A DNA stretch of 64,000 nt from Balanoglossus misakiensis. Taxonomy: Eukaryota; Animalia; Hemichordata. The stretch is from positions 62,001-126,000 of the forward strand of contig CM082580.2 of the NCBI GenBank assembly GCA_040954595.2, in the 5' to 3' direction. The notes below the pieces were generated by a model, which was not told the DNA's origin, searched no databases, and was given only the letters and a program-made list of their open reading frames with translations. This document shows, one piece after another, positions 23,194 through 35,000 of this stretch. A program made the position numbers and the translations under genes. Numbering within the stretch: the first letter of the stretch is position 1; every line of letters starts with the position of its first letter.

Positions 23194-24080
23194 ATGATGG
23201 AGCTAAGGTACGTAACAATCGCACCCCGAAACGCCTGGGCCCTTTTTTGTGTGTAGTCATTGTGGGTATGTTAACCTCCCATGTCCTACATTTTTAGAAA
23301 TTTAGTATACAAAATTGGATGACCGATTATGTTTTAGAGACCTTTCCCGAATCCACCTGAAGCCCAGTCGGAATGTCTTGGGATGTAACCTAAATTCAAT
23401 ATGGCCGCCTCCATGTGTTCACTTGCATTAAAAAAAAAAACGTTGATTTTATCTCCGAGTGGCGGTGATTATCGTCAGTACCAATTGAAACGCGGCACTC
23501 GCTTACAGGTCGCATTTTTATTTTTGAGCGCGTTCTAATATTCTAGAAAGAAAAAAATGATAGTTTCGAGTACAGATTACATGTATTTTAAAACGAGGTT
23601 CGGTCACAATGGTATCACTACTAAATGACTTACAATCGATGTTTTTAATTGTCTTTGCACCACAGTATGAATCCTGTGATGGTAAATCGCATTCAACTTA
23701 GAAGGCGTGGAGTAAGTGCAACTGATGGTAACTGGGATACCAAACTGAAACTTTTGGGAGAGAAAACCTTGCCATGCATGGACGTGGGTGGCACAGTTAA
23801 ACTTGGGTTAAATACTACAGCGACAACTGAAGTCCCGGTGAGATATTATAAAATACTCTTACATCATAAAATTGAAATCCTACATGTCAATAATTTCATA
23901 TTTTCACTAATGTTTAGCAAAAAACAACTGCTCTCAACAAACCTTACCCCTCCCCCTCTTGTATTGTCAGTGCTTTGTAATCTATCAGTAACAATCCATT
24001 TTTTTCTCTCAAGGTGTTAAAAGAACCTATAGCTACTGGTGATGAAATGATACCGTCCATGGGGTGTTGGAGGTAATACA
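23194..24080 (+). pseudogene. OB gene copy D (more diverged): end of exon 2, intron 2, exon 4 (23666-23837), start of exon 5 (24014)
   Basis: 23194-23550 is an inverted diverged copy of ~22958-22615. CACAG|TATGAA..TDGNWDTKLKLLGEKTLPCMDVGGTVKLG-LNTTATTEVP|GTGAG aligns with copy A exon 4. Acceptor TTCTCTCAAG|GTG at 24013/24014. Confidence 0.65.
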
Positions 24081-24096
24081 CTTTGTAAGTATTAAC

Positions 24097-25084
24097 CAGT
24101 CAGGACGTAAGTGGGGTAATTACGGCGGTGAGATCAAAGAGATCTATTTGAATGTGAAAGTCGCTGAGTGGCAGTTACGGCCAGTTCGAAAAATTTTCAA
24201 ACGGAGATTTTCGGTACTACAAGTGATCGTAGTGCACCCATTTTTCTAAGACGTGTATGAAACACCATAGTCAATGATAGGATGATTTTTCGTGAAGTTT
24301 TAACGACGCTTTCCCGAGAAAGACAGTTTCGGTATGTTGGTTTAAATTGTGGTCCTTGACTCTCGGCAAAGATTTCTTGTCTTGAAAAAAATTGGGTAGG
24401 TTAGGAAGATATTGAACTAAGTTACCGTGAAATTATAATAGTGTGAGCCGCTCCGTTGTGGAGTAATGACGGTGTAAACATTGCCTTCGCCATCGACGAG
24501 TACAGCCGTGTTTGCCATGCCGTGTATGCATTGAAGTAGGTCAACGCATGTTAACCCATGACGTAATGGCTTCCTTTTCAACGCGTCGTTATCTCTCATT
24601 AGCATATTACATACGGAGTCTATACACTATTCACGCTGACTGACTTCTCAGGACTGACCTATGGCACAGTAAATTGTGGTCCTTGACTCTCGGCATGGAT
24701 ATATTCATGTCAAAATTATGAATAGAGGAGTTTAATAATGTTTCTAAAACCTGAGGGGGTTAATTTTTGTGTGGGTATGGCTGATATTTTTCTTTTTGTA
24801 ACTTCAATGTCACTTTGAATTTCGTGATCACAATTTTGTCAGTGGAAGTAAAGAAATTCTTCTCGATAAAACTTCATGAAAAATCACATGTAGTACACTC
24901 ATAGTACCAGTAATGTGCCTGGGGTGAAATAATTGTCAGAAATGGGTTGCTAGTTGCTTAACTTTCGTTGTGAAAAAAGTTGAAAAACTGTATGCAAATG
25001 AGCAATTCAAACGTTACTGGCCAGTTCAAGTGTTTGCATTGCATGATCCCCTGCTGTTTAATTATCCCACTTACGTCCTGACTG
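24097..25084. mobile_element. Non-autonomous TIR DNA element, 988 bp, 4-bp TSD, superfamily uncertain
   Basis: 26-bp TIRs with one mismatch: CAGTCAGGACGTAAGTGGGGTAATTA (24097-24122) and TAATTATCCCACTTACGTCCTGACTG (25059-25084). TAAC flanks both sides (24093-24096, 25085-25088). Confidence 0.8.
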
Positions 25085-25445
25085 TAACTGCAGTAGTTGC
25101 TTACATCAGACTCCCACTATCTGCATGCAAGTTGTGGATGGATTTGCAGAGAGAGAGGCTAGTACACGGCACTCATGTGGACCTGCACTACCACATTTCT
25201 ATTCAACATCAGGTCTCTGAGTAAAAAGATGGCCATGTAAATTTTCTCTAAGTTTGTTAGAGAAATAAAGTACAACTTTAGTGTTTCACTAATTGAGTTT
25301 CAGTGTTCTTGTATTGTCTCGTTTGCCCCATGCGAACCTCAAAGTAAACGTCAAATTTGCCATTTTTGACTTATTTGTCCTTGTAGTGGGCCACATAGCA
25401 TTTTAGTGCAACTTATGAAAATCTGAAGAACCAAATGCCTAATTT

Positions 25446-26096
25446 ACCCACTCTGCACAGATTTATTTCAATGGTACAGACTTGATGATCAGTATAGCGC
25501 CCTCTGTGGTAGTATTTGGGGGGGGGGGGTTAACCTAGCCTTTGTATGTTTATCCCTGTCCGGTTCCATTCCACTTGTATCTATGGTAACCTAATTATCA
25601 GCAGTAAAGGCCACAGCTTTGAAACAGTTTTAATATCAAGCACTCTGAATTACACGGCCATTCTCATTGGTGCATATAGTGTAGTCACGTTGTATTTTAC
25701 TGCAACTGGTGAAAGTCTCCTAAAAAACCAAATGTGTCTTTACCCACTGTGCACAGAGTATTTGAATGATACTCAGTTGATGGTCATATAGTATAGCGCC
25801 CTCTGTGGTAGTAATTTGATTATGGAGGTGGGGTTAAATCTTGTCTTTGCATATGTTTATCCCTGTCATGTTGCATTGGGCTTGTATCTATGGTAACCTA
25901 ATTATCATCAGTAAAGGCCACAACTATGAAACAGTTTTAATATCAAGCACTCTCTGAATTACATGGCCATTCTCATTGGTGTATATAGTGTAGTCACGTT
26001 GTATTTTACTACAACTGATGAAAGTCTCCTAAAAAACCAAATGTGTCTTTACCCACTGTGCACAGAGTATTTGCATGATACTCAGTTGATGGTCAT
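25446..26096 (+). repeat. ~300-bp tandem repeat, two full copies plus a partial third
   Basis: TACCCACT.TGCACAGA at 25446, 25741 and 26050; TATAGCGCCCTCTGTGGTAGTA in the first two units. Confidence 0.9.
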
Positions 26097-29000
26097 TTTT
26101 TGATGATTTTCACCCATGATTTTTTTCAAAAATCGACGAAATTTTGAGATTTTGCAAAGTCGAAAATTTGTCATTTTTTGATGATTTTCACCCATGATTT
26201 TTTTTCAAAAATCGACGAAATTTTGAGATTTTGCATAATCGAAAATGTGTCATTTTTTGATGATTTTCACCCATGGTTTTTTTTCAAAAATCGACGAAAT
26301 TTTGAGATTTTGCAAAGTCGAAAATTTGTCATTTTTTGATGATTTTCACCCATGTTTTTTTTTTTAAAATCGACGAACCTATGATTTTTTTCAAAATCGA
26401 CGAAATTTTGTGATTTTACAAAGTCGAAAATGTTGTCATTTTTTGATGATTTTCAACCATGATTTTTTTTCAAAAATCGACGAAAATTTGAGATTTTGCA
26501 AAGACGAAAATTTGTCATTTTTGATGATTTTTACCCATGATTTTTATTCAAAAATGGACGAAATTTTGAGATTTTGCAAAGACGAAAATTTGTCATTTTT
26601 TGATGATTTTCACCCATGATTTTTTTTCAAAAATCGACGAAATTTTGAGATTTTGCAAAGTCGAAAATTGGTCATTTTTTGATGATTTTCAACCATTATT
26701 TTTTTTCAAAATCGACGAAATTTTGAGATTTTGCAAAGTCGAAAATTTGTCATTTTTTGATGATTTTCCCCCATGTTTTTTTTTTTAAAATGAACGAAAT
26801 TTTGAGATTTTGCAAAGACGAAAATTTGTCATTTTTTGATGATTTTTACCCATGATTTTTTTTCAAAAATGGACGAAATTTTGAGATTTTGCAAAGTCGA
26901 AAATTTGTCATTTTTTGATGATTTTCACCAATATTATTTTTCAAAGACAGACGAAATTTTGAGATTTAGCAAAGACGAAAATTTGTCATTTTTTGATGAT
27001 TTTTACCCCTGATTTTTTTCAAAAATTGACGAAATTTTGAGATTTTGCAAAGTCGAAAATTTGTCATTTTTTGATGATTTTCACCTATGATTTTTTTTCA
27101 AAAATCGACTAAATTTTGAGATTTTGCAAAGTCGAAAATTTGTCATTTTTTGATGATTTTCACCCATGATTTTTTACAAAAATCGACGAAATTTTGAGAT
27201 TTTGCAAAGTCGAAAATTTGTAATTTTTTGATGATTTTCACCCATGATTTTTTTCAAAAATCGACGAAATTGTGTGATTCTGCAAAGTCGATAATTTGTC
27301 ATTTTTTGATGATTTTTACCCATGATTTTTTTTCAAAAATGGACGAAATTTTGAGATTTTGCAAAGACGAAAATTTGTCATTTTTTGATGATTTTCACCA
27401 TGATTTTTTTTCAAAAATCGACGAAATGTTGAGATTTTGCAAAGTCGAAAATGTGTCATTTTTTGATGATTTTCACCCATGATTTTTATTCAAAAATCGA
27501 CGAAATTTTGAGATTTTGCAAAGTCGAAAATTTGTCATTTTTTGATGATTTTCACCCATATTATTTTTCAAAAACCGACGAAATTTTGAGATTTAGCAAA
27601 GACGAAAATTTGTCATTTTTTGATGATTTTTACCCATGATTTTTTCAAAAATTGACGAAATTTTGAGATTTTGCAAAGTCGAAAATTTGTCATTTTTTGA
27701 TGATTTTCACCCATGATTTTTTTCAAAAATCGACGAAATTTTAAGATTTTGCAAAGACGAAAATTTGTCATTTTTTGATGATTTTTACCCATGATTTTTT
27801 TTCAAAAATCGACGAAATTTTTAGATTTTTCAAAGTCGAAAATGTGTCATTTTTTCATGATTTTCACCCATGATTTTTTTTCAAAAATCGACGAAATGTT
27901 GAGATTTTGCAAAGTCGAAAATGTGTCATTTTTTGATGATTTTCACCCATGATTTTTATTCAAAAAACGACGAAATTTTGAGATTTTGCAAAGTCGAAAA
28001 TTTGTCATTTTTTGATGATTTTCACCCATATTATTTTTCAAAAACCGACGAAATTTTGAGATTTAGCAAAGACGAAAATTTGTCATTTTTTGATGATTTT
28101 TACCCATGATTTTTTCAAAAATTGACGAAATTTTGAGATTTTGCAAAGTCGAAAATTTGTCATTTTTTGATGATTTTCACCCATGATTTTTTTCAAAAAT
28201 CGACGAAATTTTAAGATTTTGCAAAGACGAAAATTTGTCATTTTTTGATGATTTTTACCCATGATTTTTTTTCAAAAATCGACGAAATTTTTAGATTTTT
28301 CAAAGTCGAAAATGTGTCATTTTTTCATGATTTTCACCCATGATTTTTTTTCAAAAATCGACGAAATTTTGAGATTTTGCATAATCGAAAATGTGTCATT
28401 TTTTGATGATTTTTACCGAAGATTTTTTTTCAAAAATCGACGAAATTTTGAGATTTTGCAAAGTCGAAAATTTGTCATTTTTTGATGATTTTCACCCATG
28501 TTTTTTTTTTAAAAATCGACGAACCTATGATTTTTTTCAAAATCGACGAAATTTTGTGATTTTACAAAGTCGAAAATTTTGTCATTTTTTGATGATTTTC
28601 AACCATGATTTTTTTTCAAAAATCGACGAAAATTTGAGATTTTGCAAAGACGAAAATTTGTCATTTTTGATGATTTTTACCCATGATTTTTATTCAAAAA
28701 TGGACAAAATTTTGAGATTTTGCAAAGACGAAAATTTGTCATTTTTTGATGATTTTCACCCATGATTTTTTTTTCAAAAATCGACGAAATTTTGAGATTT
28801 TGCAAAGTCGAAAATTTGTCATTTTTTGATGATTTTCAACCATGTTTTTTTTTTAAAATAGACGAACCTATGATTTTTTTCAAAATCGACGAAATTTTGT
28901 GATTTTACAAAGTCGAAAATTTTGTCATTTTTTGATGATTTTCACCATGATTTTTTTTCAAAAATCGACGAAATTTTGAGATTTTGCAAAGTTGAAAATT

Positions 29001-32000
29001 TGTCATTTTTTGATGATTTTCACCCATGATTTTTTCAAAAATCGACGAAATTTTGAGATTTTGCAAAGTCGAAAATTTGTCATATTTTGATGATTTTCAC
29101 CAATGTTTTTTTTTAAAAATCGACGAACCCATGATTTTTTTCAAAATCGACGAAATTTTGAGATTTTGCATAATCGAAAATTTGTCATTTTTTGATGATT
29201 TTCACCCATGATTTTTTTTAAAAATGAACGAAATTTTGAGATTTTGCAAAGTCAAAAATTTGTCATTTTTTGATGATTTTCAACCATTATTTTTTTTCAA
29301 AAATGGACGAAATTTTGAGATTTTGCAAAGACGAAAATTTGTCATTTTTTGATGATTTTCACCATGATTTTTTTTCAAAAATCGACGAAATGTTGAGATT
29401 TTGCAAAGTCGAAAATGTGTCATTTTTTGATGATTTTCACCCATGATTTTTATTCAAAAATCGACGAAATTTTGAGATTTTGCAAAGTCGAAAATTTGTC
29501 ATTTTTTGATGATTTTCACCCATATTATTTTTCAAAAACCGACGAAATTTTGAGATTTAGCAAAGACGAAAATTTGTCATTTTTTGATGATTTTTACCCA
29601 TGATTTTTTCAAAAATTGACGAAATTTTGAGATTTTGCAAAGTCGAAAATTTGTCATTTTTTGATGATTTTCACCCATGATTTTTTTCAAAAATCGACGA
29701 AATTTTAAGATTTTGCAAAGACGAAAATTTGTCATTTTTTGATGATTTTTACCCATGATTTTTTTTCAAAAATCGACGAAATTTTTAGATTTTTCAAAGT
29801 CGAAAATGTGTCATTTTTTCATGATTTTCACCCATGATTTTTTTTCAAAAATCGACGAAATTTTGAGATTTTGCATAATCGAAAATGTGTCATTTTTTGA
29901 TGATTTTTACCCATGATTTTTTTTCAAAAATCGACGAAATTTTGAGATTTTGCAAAGTCGAAAATTTGTCATTTTTTGATGATTTTCACCTATGATTTTT
30001 TTTCAAAAATCGACTAAATTTTGAGATTTTGCAAAGTCGAAAATTTGTCATTTTTTGATGATTTTCACCCATGATTTTTTACAAAAATCGACGAAATTTT
30101 GAGATTTTGCAAAGTCGAAAATTTGTAATTTTTTGATGATTTTCACCCATGATTTTTTTCAAAAATCGACGAAATTGTGTGATTCTGCAAAGTCGATAAT
30201 TTGTCATTTTTTGATGATTTTTACCCATGATTTTTTTTCAAAAATGGACGAAATTTTGAGATTTTGCAAAGACGAAAATTTGTCATTTTTTGATGATTTT
30301 CACCATGATTTTTTTTCAAAAATCGACGAAATGTTGAGATTTTGCAAAGTCGAAAATGTGTCATTTTTTGATGATTTTCACCCATGATTTTTATTCAAAA
30401 ATCGACGAAATTTTGAGATTTTGCAAAGTCGAAAATTTGTCATTTTTTGATGATTTTCACCCATATTATTTTTCAAAAACCGACGAAATTTTGAGATTTA
30501 GCAAAGACGAAAATTTGTCATTTTTTGATGATTTTTACCCATGATTTTTTCAAAAATTGACGAAATTTTGAGATTTTGCAAAGTCGAAAATTTGTCATTT
30601 TTTGATGATTTTCACCCATGATTTTTTTCAAAAATCGACGAAATTTTAAGATTTTGCAAAGACGAAAATTTGTCATTTTTTGATGATTTTTACCCATGAT
30701 TTTTTTTCAAAAATCGACGAAATTTTTAGATTTTTCAAAGTCGAAAATGTGTCATTTTTTCATGATTTTCACCCATGATTTTTTTTCAAAAATCGACGAA
30801 ATGTTGAGATTTTGCAAAGTCGAAAATGTGTCATTTTTTGATGATTTTCACCCATATTATTTTTCAAAAACCGACGAAATTTTGAGATTTAGCAAAGACG
30901 AAAATTTGTCATTTTTTGATGATTTTTACCCATGATTTTTTCAAAAATTGACGAAATTTTGAGATTTTGCAAAGTCGAAAATTTGTCATTTTTTGATGAT
31001 TTTCACCCATGATTTTTTTCAAAAATCGACGAAATTTTAAGATTTTGCAAAGACGAAAATTTGTCATTTTTTGATGATTTTTACCCATGATTTTTTTTCA
31101 AAAATCGACGAAATTTTTAGATTTTTCAAAGTCGAAAATGTGTCATTTTTTCATGATTTTCACCCATGATTTTTTTTCAAAAATCGACGAAATTTTGAGA
31201 TTTTGCATAATCGAAAATGTGTCATTTTTTGATGATTTTTACCGAAGATTTTTTTTCAAAAATCGACGAAATTTTGAGATTTTGCAAAGTCGAAAATTTG
31301 TCATTTTTTGATGATTTTCACCCATGTTTTTTTTTTAAAAATCGACGAACCTATGATTTTTTTCAAAATCGACGAAATTTTGTGATTTTACAAAGTCGAA
31401 AATTTTGTCATTTTTTGATGATTTTCAACCATGATTTTTTTTCAAAAATCGACGAAAATTTGAGATTTTGCAAAGACGAAAATTTGTCATTTTTGATGAT
31501 TTTTACCCATGATTTTTATTCAAAAATGGACAAAATTTTGAGATTTTGCAAAGACGAAAATTTGTCATTTTTTGATGATTTTCACCCATGATTTTTTTTT
31601 CAAAAATCGACGAAATTTTGAGATTTTGCAAAGTCGAAAATTTGTCATTTTTTGATGATTTTCAACCATGTTTTTTTTTTAAAATAGACGAACCTATGAT
31701 TTTTTTCAAAATCGACGAAATTTTGTGATTTTACAAAGTCGAAAATTTTGTCATTTTTTGATGATTTTCACCATGATTTTTTTTCAAAAATCGACGAAAT
31801 TTTGAGATTTTGCAAAGTTGAAAATTTGTCATTTTTTGATGATTTTCACCCATGATTTTTTCAAAAATCGACGAAATTTTGAGATTTTGCAAAGTCGAAA
31901 ATTTGTCATATTTTGATGATTTTCACCAATGTTTTTTTTTAAAAATCGACGAACCCATGATTTTTTTCAAAATCGACGAAATTTTGAGATTTTGCATAAT

Positions 32001-35000
32001 CGAAAATTTGTCATTTTTTGATGATTTTCACCCATGATTTTTTTTAAAAATGAACGAAATTTTGAGATTTTGCAAAGTCAAAAATTTGTCATTTTTTGAT
32101 GATTTTCAACCATTATTTTTTTTCAAAAATGGACGAAATTTTGAGATTTTGCAAAGACGAAAATTTGTCATTTTTTGATGATTTTCACCATGATTTTTTT
32201 TCAAAATTCGACGAAATGTTGAGATTTTGCAAAGTCGAAAATGTGTCATTTTTTGATGATTTTCACCCATGATTTTTATTCAAAAATCGACGAAATTTTG
32301 AGATTTTGCAAAGTCGAAAATTTGTCATTTTTTGATGATTTTCACCCATATTATTTTTCAAAAACCGACGAAATTTTGAGATTTAGCAAAGACGAAAATT
32401 TGTCATTTTTTGATGATTTTTACCCATGATTTTTTCAAAAATTGACGAAATTTTGAGATTTTGCAAAGTCGAAAATTTGTCATTTTTTGATGATTTTCAC
32501 CCATGATTTTTTTCAAAAATCGACGAAATTTTAAGATTTTGCAAAGACGAAAATTTGTCATTTTTTGATGATTTTTACCCATGATTTTTTTTCAAAAATC
32601 GACGAAATTTTTAGATTTTTCAAAGTCGAAAATGTGTCATTTTTTCATGATTTTCACCCATGATTTTTTTTCAAAAATCGACGAAATTTTGAGATTTTGC
32701 ATAATCGAAAATGTGTCATTTTTTGATGATTTTTACCCATGATTTTTTTTCAAAAATCGACGAAATTTTGAGATTTTGCAAAGTCGAAAATTTGTCATTT
32801 TTTGATGATTTTCACCCATGTTTTTTTTTTTTTAAATCGACGAACCTATGATTTTTTTCAAAATCGACGAAATTTTGTAATTTTACAAAGTCGAAAATTT
32901 TGTCATTTTTTGATGATTTTCACCCATGTTTTTTTTTTAAAAATCGACGAACCTATGATTTTTTTCAAAATCGACGAAATTTTGTAATTTTACAAAGTCG
33001 AAAATTTTGTCATTTTTTGATGATTTTCAACCATGATTTTTTTTCAAAAATCGACGAAAATTTGAGATTTTGCAAAGACGAAAATTTGTCATTTTTGATG
33101 ATTTTTACCCATGATTTTTATTCAAAAATGGACGAAATTTTGAGATTTTGCAAAGACGAAAATTTGTCATTTTTTGATGATTTTCACCCATGATTTTTTT
33201 TTCAAAAATCGACGAAATTTTGAGATTTTGCAAAGTCGAAAATTTGTCATTTTTTGATGATTTTGCCCCATGTTTTTTTTTTAAAATGGACGAAATTTTG
33301 AGATTTTGCAAAGACGAAAATTTGTCATTTTTTGATGATTTTCAACCATGTTTTTTTTTTTAAAATCGACGAACCTATGATTTTTTTCAAAATCGACGAA
33401 ATTTTGTGATTTTACAAAGTCGAAAATTTTGTCATTTTTTGATGATTTTCACCATGATTTTTTTTCAAAAATCGACGAAATTTTGAGATTTTGCAAAGTT
33501 GAAAATTTGTCATTTTTTGATGATTTTCACCCATGATTTTTTCAAAAATCGACGAAATTTTGAGATTTTGCAAAGTCGAAAATTTGTCATATTTTGATGA
33601 TTTTCACCAATGTTTTTTTTTAAAAATCGACGAACCCATGATTTTTTTCAAAATCGACGAAATTTTGAGATTTTGCATAATCGAAAATTTGTCATTTTTT
33701 GATGATTTTCACCCATGATTTTTTTTAAAAATGAACGAAATTTTGAGATTTTGCAAAGTCAAAAATTTGTCATTTTTTGATGATTTTCAACCATTATTTT
33801 TTTTCAAAAATGGACGAAATTTTGAGATTTTGCAAAGACGAAAATTTGTCATTTTTTGATGATTTTCACCATGATTTTTTTTCAAAAATCGACGAAATTT
33901 TGAGATTTTGCAAAGACGAAAATTTGTCATTTTTTGATGATTTTCACCCATGATTTTTATTCAAAAATCGACGAAATTTTGAGATTTTGCATAATCGAAA
34001 ATGTGTCATTTTTTGATAATTTTCACCCATGATTTTGTTTCAAAAATCGACGAAATTTTGAGATTTTGCAAAGTCGAAAATTTGTCATTTTTTGATGATT
34101 TTCACCCATGTTTTTTTTTAAAAAATCGACGAACCTATGATTTTTTTCAAAATCGACGAAATTTTTTGATTTTACAAAGTCGAAAATTTTGTCATTTTTT
34201 GATGATTTTCAACCATGATTTTTTTTCAAAAATCGACGAAAATTTGAGATTTTGCAAAGACGAAAATTTGTCATTTTTGATGATTTTTACCCATGATTTT
34301 TATTCAAAAATGGACGAAATTTTGAGATTTTGCAAAGACGAAAATTTGTCATTTTTTGATGATTTTCACCCATGATTTTTTTTCAAAAATCGACGAAATT
34401 TTGAGATTTTGCAAAGTCGAAAATTTGTCATTTTTTGATGATTTTCACCAATATTATTTTTCAAAAACCGACGAAATTTTGAGATTTTGCAAAGACGAAA
34501 ATTTGTCATTTTTGATGATTTTTACCCATGATTTTTATTCAAAAATCGACTAAATTTTGAGATTTTGCAAAGTCGAAAATTTGTCATTTTTTGATGATTT
34601 TCACCAATGATTTTTTACAAAAATCGACGAAATTTTGAGATTTTGCAAAGTCGAAAATTTGTAATTTTTTGATGATTTTCACCCATGATTTTTTTCAAAA
34701 ATTGACGAAATTGTGAGATTTTGCAAAGTCGATAATTTGTCATTTTTTGATGATTTTCCCCCAATGGTTTTTTTCAAAATCGACGAAATTTTGAGATTTT
34801 GCAAAGTCGAAAATTTGTCATTTTTTGATGATTTTCCCCCATGTTTTTTTTTTAAATGGACGAAATTTTGAGATTTTGCAAAGACGAAAATTTGTCATTT
34901 TTTGATGATTTTTACCCATGATTTTTTTTCAAAAATGGACGAAATTTTGAGATTTTGCAAAATCGAAAATTTGTCATTTTTTGATGATTTTCACCCATAT

